64,000 nt of DNA from Spirochaetia bacterium (GCA_965208065.1 OZ242313.1:1349171-1413170), one strand, 5' to 3'; shown: positions 25,873-35,890, counted from the stretch's first letter. Program-made: numbers and translations. Notes: a model not told the origin generated them from the sequence alone.

Positions 25873-26292
25873 GTGAATAAGGCATGGATCCATGACAGGG
25901 CGGAGTGGCCGCGGTTCACTTGGGACGACGCGGCTCTGACGAGCGTGCTTGCGGGCGTGCGCCACCTGCAGGGCAGACACCTCGGCAGCGTGGAGGCGCT
26001 GGGATTCGACGTGCGGGCCGAGACGAACATTGCCGCGCTCACCGACGAGGTGGTGCGCTCCTCGGCCATAGAGGCCGAGCACCTCGACCCCGGCGAAGTG
26101 CGCTCGTCTATCGCCCGCCGGCTCGGTTTCGACACCACTGGCCACCTCACTACCTCGAAGTACGCCAAGCTCGCCAAGTGCTCGACCGACACCGCGTTGC
26201 GCGACATCCGCGACCTGCTCGCACGTGCCATCATCGTCCGCAACCCCGGCCGCGGCCGCAGCACCAGCTACCGGCTTGCCGCCTCCCCATAA
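25873..26292 (+). CDS. Fic/DOC-family remnant: DUF4172-type N-terminus fused in frame to the C-terminal winged-helix; Fic core absent
   Basis: KAWIHDRAEWPRFTWDDAALTSVLAGVRHLQGRHLG...SSIARRLGFD is joined directly to LTTSKYAKLAKCSTDTALRDIRDLLARAIIVRNPGRGRSTSYRL. No HPFxxGNGR motif is present. The likely start is GTG 25873; the ORF track begins at 25741. Confidence 0.6.
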   Translation: MNKAWIHDRAEWPRFTWDDAALTSVLAGVRHLQGRHLGSVEALGFDVRAETNIAALTDEVVRSSAIEAEHLDPGEVRSSIARRLGFDTTGHLTTSKYAKLAKCSTDTALRDIRDLLARAIIVRNPGRGRSTSYRLAASP

Positions 26293-26301
26293 CTAGACAA
26301 A

Positions 26302-27243
26302 CTAGGGCTTGGAGCGTTTCCGCACCTTGGCGGCTCGCAGGCGGCCGGCGCCGCCGGTCAGCCGCGGGTCGAGCAGGTCTCTCAGGGCGTCGCCGAACAT
26401 GTTGATCCCGAACACGACGATGGCGAGGGACAGGCCGGGCCACAGCGCGAGCAGCGGGGCTACCTCCATGTAGGTGCGGCCTTCCAGGCTCAGCATGCCG
26501 CCCCAGCTCGGCTGCGGTGGCGGGATGCCGAAGCCGAGGAAGCTGATGGTCGACTCGCTCAGGATCACCGCACCGAGGGAAACCGTAAACACGACGATGA
26601 TGGGCGGCCACACCTGGGGAAGGATGTGGCGAAGGAGGATCCTCCAGGTCCGGCAGCCGATGGCCTGCGCCGCCTCCACGTACGCGTTCTGCCGGGTGCT
26701 CAGAACCACGCCGCGTACCGTGCGGATGTTGCCGATGCCCGTGAACGCGCCCAGGACGACCGTCATCTGCACCATCCCCTGTCCCAGCAGCGACATCACG
26801 GTCAGGACGATAAACAGCCACGGAAAGGTAAGCCAGGCATCGACCAACCGCTGCACCAGAAGGTCGAACACGCCACCCCAGTAGCCGGAGAGCAGGCCGA
26901 AGAAGAGGGCAATGACCAGGCCGATGGCGACGGCTCCCACCCCCACGATCATGGAGATGCGAGCCCCGTGGATGACGCGGCTGAGCAGGTCGCGCCCGAT
27001 ATGGTCGGTGCCCAGGGGAAACTGGGCGGACGGTCCTTCAAGGGCGTGCATGAGATTGCGTTCTCTGATGTCGGCGGGGGCGAGCACGTCGGCAAACACG
27101 CCCACCAGGAGAAACACCAGGACAATGATCATGCCCACCGCACCCAGCTTCTTTTCCCGGAACAGCCGTGGCAACAGGTCGCGAAGCGTCCCCCTTCTTG
27201 CCGATGCAGCCGCCTGAGCCGCCGTAGGATCCGGCCCGCTCAT
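26302..27243 (-). CDS. Opp/Dpp-type ABC transporter permease (DppC-like)
   Basis: The last 313 codons of ORF 26302..27705(-), starting at MSGPDPTAAQ. Carries PLGTDHIGRDLLSRVIHGARISM and NMFGDALRDLLDPR. The start overlaps the upstream permease stop (ATGA). Confidence 0.85.
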   Translation of the reverse strand: MSGPDPTAAQAAASARRGTLRDLLPRLFREKKLGAVGMIIVLVFLLVGVFADVLAPADIRERNLMHALEGPSAQFPLGTDHIGRDLLSRVIHGARISMIVGVGAVAIGLVIALFFGLLSGYWGGVFDLLVQRLVDAWLTFPWLFIVLTVMSLLGQGMVQMTVVLGAFTGIGNIRTVRGVVLSTRQNAYVEAAQAIGCRTWRILLRHILPQVWPPIIVVFTVSLGAVILSESTISFLGFGIPPPQPSWGGMLSLEGRTYMEVAPLLALWPGLSLAIVVFGINMFGDALRDLLDPRLTGGAGRLRAAKVRKRSKP

Positions 27244-28187
27244 GTGTACTGAATCCGCGGGTCGAGCCAGGCGTAGCTGATGTCTATGATCACGTTCACC
27301 AGCAACACGAAAGCGGCCATCAGCAGATTCAAGGCCGACAGTATGGTGTAGTCGCGCTGCGCGAGCGTCGTCACTACCAGCGAGCCGATACCGGGCAGAT
27401 TGAATATGTGCTCCACCACGACGGCGCCGCCAATCAGGACGGGCAGCTGCAGCCCGATCATGGTGAGCACCGGATTGAGCGCATTCTTCAGCGCGTGGCG
27501 CAACACCACCGCCCGCTCCCTGAGCCCCTTCGCCCACGCGGTACGGACATAGTCCTGCCTGAGCACCTCCAGCATCATGGTGCGGGTCAATCTCATGGTG
27601 ACGCCGGACAACCACATCCCCAGAACGATGGCCGGGATGATGAACAGGGTGAGGTTGGCGAGCGGATCCTTCCAAAAAGAAACGAAATGCATGGGCGGCG
27701 ACCACCGAAACCAGACCGCCGGCAGGATCAGGATCATCGTCCCCAACCAGAAGCTCGGAATGCAGATGAACAGGATCGCAATGCTGCGCAATATCTGGTC
27801 GCCGGCAGACTCCGGATTCATTCCGGAGTAGATCCCCACGGGCAGCGCTATCAACAGCGCAAACAGCAGGGACAGCGCGCCCAATTCCAGCGACCTCGGC
27901 AGCCTCTGCAGAATGGTATCGGCGACCGGCAGGCTGGTGATCAGGGACTCCCCGAAGTCACCACGAATGACGCCAGATATCCAGCGTCCATACTGGACGT
28001 GAGCCGGCAGGTTCAAACCCAGCTTCTCGCGCAGTGCCACCGCGGCATCCGCGGTGAAGTACCTGGTCGACACCATGTAGTCGATCACATCGCCGGGGAT
28101 GAGGCGGATGGTGGCGAAGACAATGAGGCTGACGATGACCATGGTGGGCACGATCAGCAGCAGTCTTCTGAGAATGTACGCTTGCAC
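27240..28187 (-). CDS. Opp/Dpp-type ABC transporter permease (DppB-like)
   Basis: MQAYILRRLLLIVPTMVIVSLIVFATIRLIPGD and the C-terminal DISYAWLDPRI are typical of DppB/OppB. Confidence 0.85.
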   Translation of the reverse strand: MQAYILRRLLLIVPTMVIVSLIVFATIRLIPGDVIDYMVSTRYFTADAAVALREKLGLNLPAHVQYGRWISGVIRGDFGESLITSLPVADTILQRLPRSLELGALSLLFALLIALPVGIYSGMNPESAGDQILRSIAILFICIPSFWLGTMILILPAVWFRWSPPMHFVSFWKDPLANLTLFIIPAIVLGMWLSGVTMRLTRTMMLEVLRQDYVRTAWAKGLRERAVVLRHALKNALNPVLTMIGLQLPVLIGGAVVVEHIFNLPGIGSLVVTTLAQRDYTILSALNLLMAAFVLLVNVIIDISYAWLDPRIQYT

Positions 28188-28299
28188 GACCTCCCTTTAC
28201 CTTCAGAATGGCCTTTGCAATGGCCTCCGGAATACCAAACGAAACCGGGGGCCAGACCAGCCGGCCCAGCCCCCGTGTGTTGTCAAGGTCAGCGCTACG

Positions 28300-30111
28300 C
28301 TACTCGTTCGCTGCCCGCCCGCTCAGCTCCATCTTCTGGGCCGCGTCGATCCAGAAGTACTTGGTGAAGTGGTATTGCGCGGTCGCGTACCCACTCATGC
28401 CGGCTTTCCCCTTCACCCACGGCTGCCATGCCTGGTAGGTGTTGATGGCCCCGAAGTCCAGGAACCACTGCTGGTTCATCCAGAAGAGGTGCAACTCCTG
28501 CCACAGCCGGGTGTGCTCGTCAGAACCGAAGGTAGCCTTGTTGACGTCCAGCCACAGTCGCTCCGCCTCGAGGGCCTCGGGAGAACCCTGGATCCGGCCC
28601 ATGCTGTAGAACGGCCGATACGGTGCGTTCCAGAAGGCGATTCCCAATATTCCGATACTCGTGGCGCCGTGATCGTGCGCGGCCAGGCCGGTAAAGACCT
28701 CGTCGTTCGGTCCCGCCGCACCGCCGACCGCGGCATAGTGGGCGCCGTTCGGTATCATGTTGAAGTTGACCCGAATGCCGACATCCTCGAGATACCCCAT
28801 GAACGCTTCGTAGTACTGTGCGGTCTGCGGATCGGCAATGATGCTCGTCTCGAAGCGAATGCCGTCGGCACCGCGCGGGTATCCCGCCTCATCGAGGAGC
28901 TTCTCGGCCTCATCCGGATGATATCCGTACAGGCGGCCGATGTCCGGTGCAATTTCGTCCAGCTCTTCCTTGGAAAGGTGTTCAGGTTTACCGACCGAGG
29001 GCTTCGTCGGGAACGCCGGGTAGGAGTAATGCTCGCCGTGGAACTCCTGAAGCTCTGCGTGGTTCACGGCCATCATCGCCGCGTGCCGCACCCTGATGTC
29101 GCTCCACGGCTCCAGGTCTGCGCGCACCGCGGCGTATTGCCCCAAGGTCCAGGACGGGCCTGTCTGGATTTCCGGGTTGCTCCGTTGCAGCGCCTCCAAC
29201 TCGACCGGAGTCATGCCGGGTATCACCATGCGGTCGAGCTTGCCGCTGCGCAGAGCCGCGACCCGCGCTGCCCCGTCGGCAAAGGCCACGATCTGCAGAG
29301 TGTCCAGGTAGGGGAGCTGGTTGCCGGGATTCAGCGGATCGGTCTGCCAGTAGTCCGGATTCTTGGCGTAGGTGATGTGACTGCCTTCCACCACCTCAGT
29401 GGGCCAGTAGGGACCCGATCCCATGTGGTTGCGCCAGTCTTCCCGGTTGATGGACGTATCCTGCCAGTACTCCGCCGGCAGGACGCCGTTCAGAGAGGTG
29501 ATGATATAGGCCCACAAACCCAGCGTATCGGGGTCCGCCATTTCGACGTTGATCGTCCAGTCGTCGCTCGGATCCGCGGTCATTTTGAGGATCTCGTCGC
29601 CCTTGTACATCAGGCCCGCCCTGGGCTCGGCGGCGATGGTAGCCCAGGTAACCAGGACATCTTCCCTGGTCAGCTCCCTGCCGTTGGCCGGCGGCCGGTT
29701 GTGGTAGTGGATGCCCCTGCGCACCGTCCACTTCATCTGGGTGGGGCTGATGACTTCGTTGGACTCGATTACCTGGCCCCTGAGCGCACCCAAAGCCAAC
29801 CAGTTGTGGTCCTCCAGCGTGTATTCGCCGGTGCCCCGCGGTCCCTTTGCAATGTCGAACTCAAACAACTGATCGTAGATGGCCGGTACCACCTGGATGC
29901 CGTGAATGAGCACCGTCGGGTCCCAGACACTGGTCCACGTGTTGTCTGCGGTAACGAGATTGCCGCCATACACCGGATTGGTGTCGATCTCCGAGGGCGC
30001 CATGTCCCCCGAGGATCCTTCCTCTGCGGCAGGACTGGCCCAAACGCCGGCCGCAGCCAGCAATACGGCCGTCGCCACGGCGAATACTGCCTTCCATTTG
30101 CCTATAACCAT
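28300..30111 (-). CDS. ABC transporter substrate-binding protein, family 5 (peptide/nickel/oligosaccharide type)
   Basis: Signal peptide, 603 aa, family-5 SBP-like composition. First gene of the SBP-permease-permease unit. Confidence 0.8.
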   Translation of the reverse strand: MVIGKWKAVFAVATAVLLAAAGVWASPAAEEGSSGDMAPSEIDTNPVYGGNLVTADNTWTSVWDPTVLIHGIQVVPAIYDQLFEFDIAKGPRGTGEYTLEDHNWLALGALRGQVIESNEVISPTQMKWTVRRGIHYHNRPPANGRELTREDVLVTWATIAAEPRAGLMYKGDEILKMTADPSDDWTINVEMADPDTLGLWAYIITSLNGVLPAEYWQDTSINREDWRNHMGSGPYWPTEVVEGSHITYAKNPDYWQTDPLNPGNQLPYLDTLQIVAFADGAARVAALRSGKLDRMVIPGMTPVELEALQRSNPEIQTGPSWTLGQYAAVRADLEPWSDIRVRHAAMMAVNHAELQEFHGEHYSYPAFPTKPSVGKPEHLSKEELDEIAPDIGRLYGYHPDEAEKLLDEAGYPRGADGIRFETSIIADPQTAQYYEAFMGYLEDVGIRVNFNMIPNGAHYAAVGGAAGPNDEVFTGLAAHDHGATSIGILGIAFWNAPYRPFYSMGRIQGSPEALEAERLWLDVNKATFGSDEHTRLWQELHLFWMNQQWFLDFGAINTYQAWQPWVKGKAGMSGYATAQYHFTKYFWIDAAQKMELSGRAANE

Positions 30112-30494
30112 TACATCTGTCTCACTGGTTTGTTGGGTCTTCGACCCGTTCTTGATACGAGAGTGGAGTTCGGTGAGTGGTCGGAGTCCCAGGCTACCCT
30201 GGCGGGTGCACTCTCACGGGCATGGCTGCAACGCAGGCCAAACTGCCGGAGCCGGGGCGACCTTGCATGATTCGGCGCGCGGACGCGTGGCTCACCTGCC
30301 GCGCCGCGCTTGCGTGAGGACATTTCATTCTCACTTGCCCACCTTTATCCCCGCTGCAGACGGTTCAAGCGGCCGCCGGCCGGGGACAGCCGAGCACCAT
30401 GAACTGGTTTCTTATACCGCATCAGTGGTTCAACGTCAAGGCGATTACCGCGCGCGCCACGCGCGCGCCGCCGCGCTCGCCGCGCTGCATGCGC

Positions 30495-30522
30495 TTGACA
30501 GCCGGGCGCGGGAGCGATAAAT
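30495..30522 (+). promoter_or_regulatory. Sigma70-like promoter candidate (TTGACA, 15-17 nt spacer, GATAAAT)
   Basis: TTGACA lies at 30495-30500 and an A/T-rich -10-like gATAAAt at 30516-30522. The -10 overlaps the ATG (30521) proposed by the ORF track for the desaturase. Confidence 0.3.
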
Positions 30523-31717
30523 GCTGGTTGTTGTGAGCACTGCGCGAGCCCCGCTGGCCGACGTGCGCCGAACGTTGCGCGTCAGGTGGTACCGGAGCCC
30601 CATTGATCCGGGGCTGTTGCGCCAGTTCATGCGGCGCAGCGACCTGCAGGGCTGGTGGCAGGCGCTGGGGGTGATCGGTTACCTTGCCGGCACCGCCCTG
30701 CTGACGCACCACTTCTTCTCCCAGCGGCAGTGGGCGCTGTTCGCCGCAGCGCTGTTCGCGTACGGCACCTATTCCTGCTTTCTGGGCGCGGCGTCGCACG
30801 AGCTCGACCACGGCACGGTGTTCCGCACCAAGGCGCTGAACCGGTTCTTCCTGCGCCTGTTCTCGCTGATCACCTTCTTCAACCCCGACGACTACGCGCT
30901 CAGCCACACCTACCACCACCGCTACACGCTGCACCCGGAGGGCGACCGCGAGGTGGTGCTGCCGCAATCGGCGGCGATGCGTGTCCTGTTCGTCATCCAG
31001 TTGTTCTGCGTCAACCTGACCGGCGGGCCGGGTTGCGACGGCCTGATTCCACGCGTCCGGGACACCGTGAACACGGCGCTCGGCAAACCGCCGGCCAGGG
31101 ACGCCGCCGGCGACACCGAACCGCTGGCGCCGGATGCCCACGAGTGGATGGCGGCGCTGTACGAGGCGCATCCGGAGGAACGGATGAAGTCGGTGCGCTG
31201 GGCGCGCAAGATCCTGCTGTTCCACGCCGCGGTGATCGCGGTGGCAATCGTGTTTCAGCTCTGGCTGCTGCCGGTGTTCATCACGCTGTCGCGGTTCCTC
31301 GCCAACTGGTGGCGGTTGTTCGTGTTTCTGCCGATGCACTGCGGCCTGCGCGACAACGTGGCTGACTTTCGCAAGTGCACGCGCAGCATCCGGCTCGACC
31401 CGGTCTCATCGTTCATGTACTGGCGCATGAACTGGCACCTGGAGCACCACATGTACGCCGGCGTGCCGTGCTACAACCTGCGCAAGCTGCGCAAGGCGAT
31501 CGAGTTCGACCTGCCGGTGGCCAAGAACGCGGTCGCGGCATTTCGGGAGATGCGCGCCACCTGGAAGCGCCAGCAGACCGAGCCCGGCTACCAGTACGAC
31601 ACGCCGCTGCCGCCCACCGCCAACCCGGGCCTCGTCGACGCCCACGCTGCAAAGCAAGACGACGACGACATCAGCACTTCGATCGGCGACCTGGCCCCAG
31701 CCGTGCTTGCGCGTTAG
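30521..31717 (+). CDS. Fatty acid desaturase family protein
   Basis: Three His boxes: HELDHG, HTYHHRY and HLEHHMY. The start is uncertain; in-frame GTG codons at 30533 and 30563 are alternatives. Confidence 0.8.
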   Translation: MLVVVSTARAPLADVRRTLRVRWYRSPIDPGLLRQFMRRSDLQGWWQALGVIGYLAGTALLTHHFFSQRQWALFAAALFAYGTYSCFLGAASHELDHGTVFRTKALNRFFLRLFSLITFFNPDDYALSHTYHHRYTLHPEGDREVVLPQSAAMRVLFVIQLFCVNLTGGPGCDGLIPRVRDTVNTALGKPPARDAAGDTEPLAPDAHEWMAALYEAHPEERMKSVRWARKILLFHAAVIAVAIVFQLWLLPVFITLSRFLANWWRLFVFLPMHCGLRDNVADFRKCTRSIRLDPVSSFMYWRMNWHLEHHMYAGVPCYNLRKLRKAIEFDLPVAKNAVAAFREMRATWKRQQTEPGYQYDTPLPPTANPGLVDAHAAKQDDDDISTSIGDLAPAVLAR

Positions 31718-32136
31718 TTCGTCTGCATCAGCTCGATGGTGACGTTGTCGGGGGCCTGCAGGAAGCAGATCGGGTGACCGGGCACGAACTCCCACGGTTC
31801 GGCGGCGAAGGTGGCGCCCTTGGCGCGGATCTCCTCGCAGAATGCCAGCAGGTCGCCCTCGTATGCGTAGCCGAAGTGGTCGGTGCCCCAGCCGTTGTGG
31901 CTCACGAAGCCCTCGAACTGCTGCATCGGCTGGCTGTTTCCCGTCGGCGCCTCGCCCGGCCGGCTGCCGCGGATCAGCAACTGCATGCCGCCGAGATCCA
32001 CGGTGACCTGCGGCGCCCCCATCACGTCGGCTTCGCCGGTGATGGCGCCGCCGAGGATGTTTTCATAAAAGCTCGCCGCGGCGTGCGGATCCTCGCTGAT
32101 CAGGTGAATGTGGTGAAACTTGACTCCGGAACTCAT
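31714..32136 (-). CDS. VOC family protein (glyoxalase/bleomycin resistance/dioxygenase fold)
   Basis: 140 aa, MSSGVKFHHIHLISEDPHAAASFYENILGG...TIELMQ, a typical VOC pattern. The stop overlaps the desaturase stop (TTAG). Confidence 0.75.
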   Translation of the reverse strand: MSSGVKFHHIHLISEDPHAAASFYENILGGAITGEADVMGAPQVTVDLGGMQLLIRGSRPGEAPTGNSQPMQQFEGFVSHNGWGTDHFGYAYEGDLLAFCEEIRAKGATFAAEPWEFVPGHPICFLQAPDNVTIELMQTN

Positions 32137-32161
32137 GTCTCCTCCTCGTTTTGTGTGTGCC

Positions 32162-33115
32162 CTATACCGGCATCTTGCGCCCCGAGTGGGCGCGCCCGAT
32201 GCGCGCTATCTCCTGGTCGGGGGCGGTGATCACCATCGCCCCGCTGTCGATCCAGGCGGGAAAGTCGGCCGGCGCGGCGTAGCCGGTGAACGGGTGGAAG
32301 TATACCCCGCTCGCCTCGCACGCCTCCTTGACCCGCTGTTCGATCTCCACCATCTCCTGCGGCCATGGATTCGACAGCGACCGGATGCCGAGCGTCAGCG
32401 CCATGTCGCCCGGGCCCACCTCGGCGAACCCGACGCCCGGCACTTGCATGATCTCCTCCACGTAGGGCAGCGCCGCCTTGGACTCGATCTTGATGCCCAG
32501 GAACAGCTCGCCGTCGGGATTCAGCGGCCACGGGTCGGCCTTCTCGATGTAGGTGCCGGCGTCCACGCCCCAGACGTGGCCGGCGCTGTCCTCCGAGGCG
32601 ATGCCGCGCATGCCGGTGCCGAGGCCGGCGCCCACGCCGAGCCGGTTGATCGGGTAGCGGCACGCTTCCACGAACGCCGCCACCGCGTCCGGCGTGTTTG
32701 CCTTGCACAGGATGATGCCGTGCACGCCGCGTGCCAGAAGCTGCTGGCACTGCCAGGCGTTGGCTTCCACCACCGCGCGCGAGATGCCGTTGACCGGCGC
32801 CTCCACGATGATGGTGGGCGTCCGGTGGCCGCTGCGGGTCGGGCCGGCGTCCACCATGCCGTGCAGATAATAGTCGAGCCCGGCCACGTTGAACGCCCCG
32901 TGCTCGAAGCCGACGTTGATGAAGTCGGCCCAGTGGCCGGCGTCGGTCTGGCCCTGCTCGTAGGTGAGCACCGGGGTGTGGCTTGCGGTAAGCGCGCCCT
33001 TGGGCCGCCGGTGAAAGGTGCCGGCAAGCCCGGTGTGGCCGCCCACGTAGTAGATCGGCTGCCCACCCGCCAGCAGCTCGATGGTGCGATTGATCCTGGC
33101 TCCCATTTCGCACAC
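32162..33115 (-). CDS. HpcH/HpaI aldolase/citrate-lyase family protein
   Basis: HGIILCKANTPDAVAAFVEACRYP...LGIKIESKAAL...AEVGPGDMAL looks like the HpcH family. An alternative start is ATG 33106. Confidence 0.65.
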   Translation of the reverse strand: MCEMGARINRTIELLAGGQPIYYVGGHTGLAGTFHRRPKGALTASHTPVLTYEQGQTDAGHWADFINVGFEHGAFNVAGLDYYLHGMVDAGPTRSGHRTPTIIVEAPVNGISRAVVEANAWQCQQLLARGVHGIILCKANTPDAVAAFVEACRYPINRLGVGAGLGTGMRGIASEDSAGHVWGVDAGTYIEKADPWPLNPDGELFLGIKIESKAALPYVEEIMQVPGVGFAEVGPGDMALTLGIRSLSNPWPQEMVEIEQRVKEACEASGVYFHPFTGYAAPADFPAWIDSGAMVITAPDQEIARIGRAHSGRKMPV

Positions 33116-33147
33116 TGTAACCCGATGCCGCGCCGGCTGTAACTACC

Positions 33148-33513
33148 TCAACGATGGGAGTTTGGTATCGCACGCATCCGAAGGCGATGCTCGCTGATGA
33201 CCGAGAAGTGTCCCTCCCAGTCCACTTGCGACGCAAGGCTGTCGGCCACGAATTGCGGCACGGTGTCTTTGGACATGCTGGCAAGACGGAATAGCACGAT
33301 GCCATGCGACACCGGTACACGCGCCCGGAACGCCAGGTCTCCGAAATCCTTGTCGAAGGTCACCAGGAGACGGGCATCGTCCGAGGCGCGGCTCAGTACA
33401 TCGGTGTCCGCGATACCCGGTTCCCATTCGGACACCCAGACCACATCGTGTCGTGCGCTACGCAGTATGTCTACCGCGGCGCCCGGCACGTTCTCGTCAG
33501 CGAGTATCCTCAT
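33148..33513 (-). CDS. DUF5615-family PIN-like putative toxin
   Basis: MRILADENVPGAAVDILRSARHDVVWV is the canonical DUF5615 N-terminus. It lies downstream of a DUF433 gene. Confidence 0.75.
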   Translation of the reverse strand: MRILADENVPGAAVDILRSARHDVVWVSEWEPGIADTDVLSRASDDARLLVTFDKDFGDLAFRARVPVSHGIVLFRLASMSKDTVPQFVADSLASQVDWEGHFSVISEHRLRMRAIPNSHR

Positions 33514-33525
33514 TCCCCCACGGGG

Positions 33526-33759
33526 CTATGCGGCTCCGATCGGAAAAACCTTCTCCGAACGCATCACATCACCGGCATACTGGAGACATGCCCTAATGTC
33601 GACGGTGCTGAGGCGCGGGTAGTTCGCAAGGATATCGGCTTCGCTCCATCCCTGTGCCAGTAGGTCGATGATGAACTCCACGGCGAGCCGGGTTCCTCGT
33701 ACCACCGGCTTGCCCGTCAGCACAGCCTCATCAACGACGATCCGTTCTTGCCAATCCAT
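33526..33759 (-). CDS. DUF433 domain-containing putative antitoxin
   Basis: GKPVVRGTRLAVEFIIDLLAQGWSEADILANYPRLSTVDIRACLQYA is the typical DUF433 pattern. 77 aa. Confidence 0.8.
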   Translation of the reverse strand: MDWQERIVVDEAVLTGKPVVRGTRLAVEFIIDLLAQGWSEADILANYPRLSTVDIRACLQYAGDVMRSEKVFPIGAA

Positions 33760-33950
33760 GTTCTCGTCCTCCCGGCTCTCGTCCAGCCCTGACCCGCTTC
33801 AGGCTCTTCCGTGCCGAGACAAAAGATAGCGCGAGTTTGTCGGTATCACAACCGCCGGAGCCAAACGAGATCACATTTGGATTCTGCCAGTTGAAGTCGT
33901 TCAACCCCCACTCGCCGGTGCCGCGGCAGCCGAAAATCGAAAATGCCCGG

Positions 33951-34892
33951 TTACTTGCGGTCGGCGGGCGGGGCCTCGGCGCCGAAGCGGCCGATGCCGC
34001 CGCGCAGGCGGGGGTCGAGCAGGTCGCGCAGCGCGTCGCCGAACATGTTGATGCCGAACACCACGATGGCCAGGCACAGGCCGGGCCAGAACGCCAGCAA
34101 CGGCGCTTCCAGCATGTAGGAGCGGCCCTCTATGCTCAGCATGCTGCCCCAGCTCGGCTGCGGCGGCGGTATGCCGAAGCCGAGGAAGCTCACCGACGCC
34201 TCGGCAAGGATGTTGCCGCCCACCGAAACGGTGAACAGGACGATCATCGGCGCGACAAGCTGCGGCGCGATGTGGCGGGCGAGTATGCGCAGGGTGCCGG
34301 CGCCGGTCGCCCGCGCCGCCTCCACGTAGGGGGTTTCCTTCACGCTCAGCACGACGCTGCGCACGGTCCTGATGTTGACGATGCCCCACGGTACGCCGAG
34401 GACGATGATGACCTGCGGGATGCCCGGTCCGAGCAGCGACATCACCGTGATGATCAGGAACAGCCACGGGAACGCCTGCACGGCATCCACCACCCGCTGG
34501 CCAATCAGATCCGCCACCCCGCCGAAGTATCCCAGCAGGAGTCCGAACACCGTCGCCACCATCACCGCAATCAGGCTGGCGGCGATGCCGACCAGCATCG
34601 AGATGCGGGCGCCCTGCACCACCCGGCTGTACACGTCGCGCCCGAACTGATCGGTGCCCAGGGGATAGTCGGACGATGGCCCCTCCAAACGCCGCGGGAC
34701 GTTCTGATCGAACATGTCGTGGGTGGCAAGCACGTCGGCGAAGATGCCGACCAGCAGAAACAGCACCATGATGATCAGCCCGACGGCGCCCAGCTTCTTC
34801 TCCCGGAACAACCGGGAGAGGGTCTGGCGCAGGAGTGACGCATGTGCGCGCTGATCGGCGGCCGGCGCCTTGGGCGCCACGGTGTCAGCCAT
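33951..34892 (-). CDS. Opp/Dpp-type ABC transporter permease (DppC-like)
   Basis: PLGTDQFGRDVYSRVVQGARISM and NMFGDALRDLLDPR. Paralogous to 26302..27243. Confidence 0.85.
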   Translation of the reverse strand: MADTVAPKAPAADQRAHASLLRQTLSRLFREKKLGAVGLIIMVLFLLVGIFADVLATHDMFDQNVPRRLEGPSSDYPLGTDQFGRDVYSRVVQGARISMLVGIAASLIAVMVATVFGLLLGYFGGVADLIGQRVVDAVQAFPWLFLIITVMSLLGPGIPQVIIVLGVPWGIVNIRTVRSVVLSVKETPYVEAARATGAGTLRILARHIAPQLVAPMIVLFTVSVGGNILAEASVSFLGFGIPPPQPSWGSMLSIEGRSYMLEAPLLAFWPGLCLAIVVFGINMFGDALRDLLDPRLRGGIGRFGAEAPPADRK

Positions 34893-35890
34893 CAGTCGTA
34901 GCGGATCCGCGGGTCGAGATAGGCGTAACTGACGTCGATCAAGACATTGACGACGAGCACGACCCCAGCCATGAGCAAGTTTACGGCGGTGACCACGGGG
35001 TAGTCACGTTTCTCGAGTGCTTCGATTATCAGCGATCCGAGGCCCGGTACATTGAAGATCTTCTCCACGATCACGGCCCCGCCAATCAGGACCGGAAGCT
35101 GCAGTCCGATCATCGTGATCACCGGAATCGTGGCATTCTTGAGGACGTGGCGCACCACCAGCACCCGCTCCCGCAGCCCCTTCGCCCACGCGGTGCGGAC
35201 GTAGTCCTGGCGCAGCACCTCCAGCATCATGGTGCGCGTAAATCGCATTATGATTCCCGACAACAGCATCCCCTGGATGAGTGACGGCACGAACATCTGC
35301 GCCAGGTTGCCGAGTGGATCGTCACCGAATCGGACGAAGAACAGCGGCGGCGCCCATCCCCACCACAGCGCCGGGTAGACCACGACCATGGTGCCCAGCC
35401 AGAAGGCGGGAACGGTGACCAGTAGAATGGCAAAGCTGCGCAGAACCTGGTCGATGCCCGAGTCCGGTCGGATCCCGGAAATAATGCCCACCGGCAGCGC
35501 AATCACCAGCGAGAAGATGATCGCCATCAGGCCCAACTGGAGAGATATCGGCAGGCGAAACAGGATGTCCGCTCCGACCGGTTGCCTGGTCCACAGCGAC
35601 TTTCCGAGCTGGCCCTGGAACAGGTCCCCGAGCCAGCGTACGTACTGAATGTGCGCCGGGACATCCAGTCCAAGCTGTGCGCGCAATGTCTGCGCCAGTT
35701 CCGACACAACCTCCTCGCCGGTGGCAAGCACTGAGCTGCTGCCGGTGTACACGTACTGCTGCATGATAGCGACCATCAGGTCGATGACATCGCCGGGAAT
35801 CCAGCGAATCAAGAAGAACGCCAGCAGCGAGACGATGAACAGCGTGGGGATGATCAGAACGACCCGTCTGACGATGTAAGCGGTCATCAA
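34892..35890 (-). CDS. Opp/Dpp-type ABC transporter permease (DppB-like)
   Basis: MMTAYIVRRVVLIIPTLFIVSLLAFFLIRWIPGD and the C-terminal DVSYAYLDPRI. Confidence 0.85.
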   Translation of the reverse strand: MMTAYIVRRVVLIIPTLFIVSLLAFFLIRWIPGDVIDLMVAIMQQYVYTGSSSVLATGEEVVSELAQTLRAQLGLDVPAHIQYVRWLGDLFQGQLGKSLWTRQPVGADILFRLPISLQLGLMAIIFSLVIALPVGIISGIRPDSGIDQVLRSFAILLVTVPAFWLGTMVVVYPALWWGWAPPLFFVRFGDDPLGNLAQMFVPSLIQGMLLSGIIMRFTRTMMLEVLRQDYVRTAWAKGLRERVLVVRHVLKNATIPVITMIGLQLPVLIGGAVIVEKIFNVPGLGSLIIEALEKRDYPVVTAVNLLMAGVVLVVNVLIDVSYAYLDPRIRYD

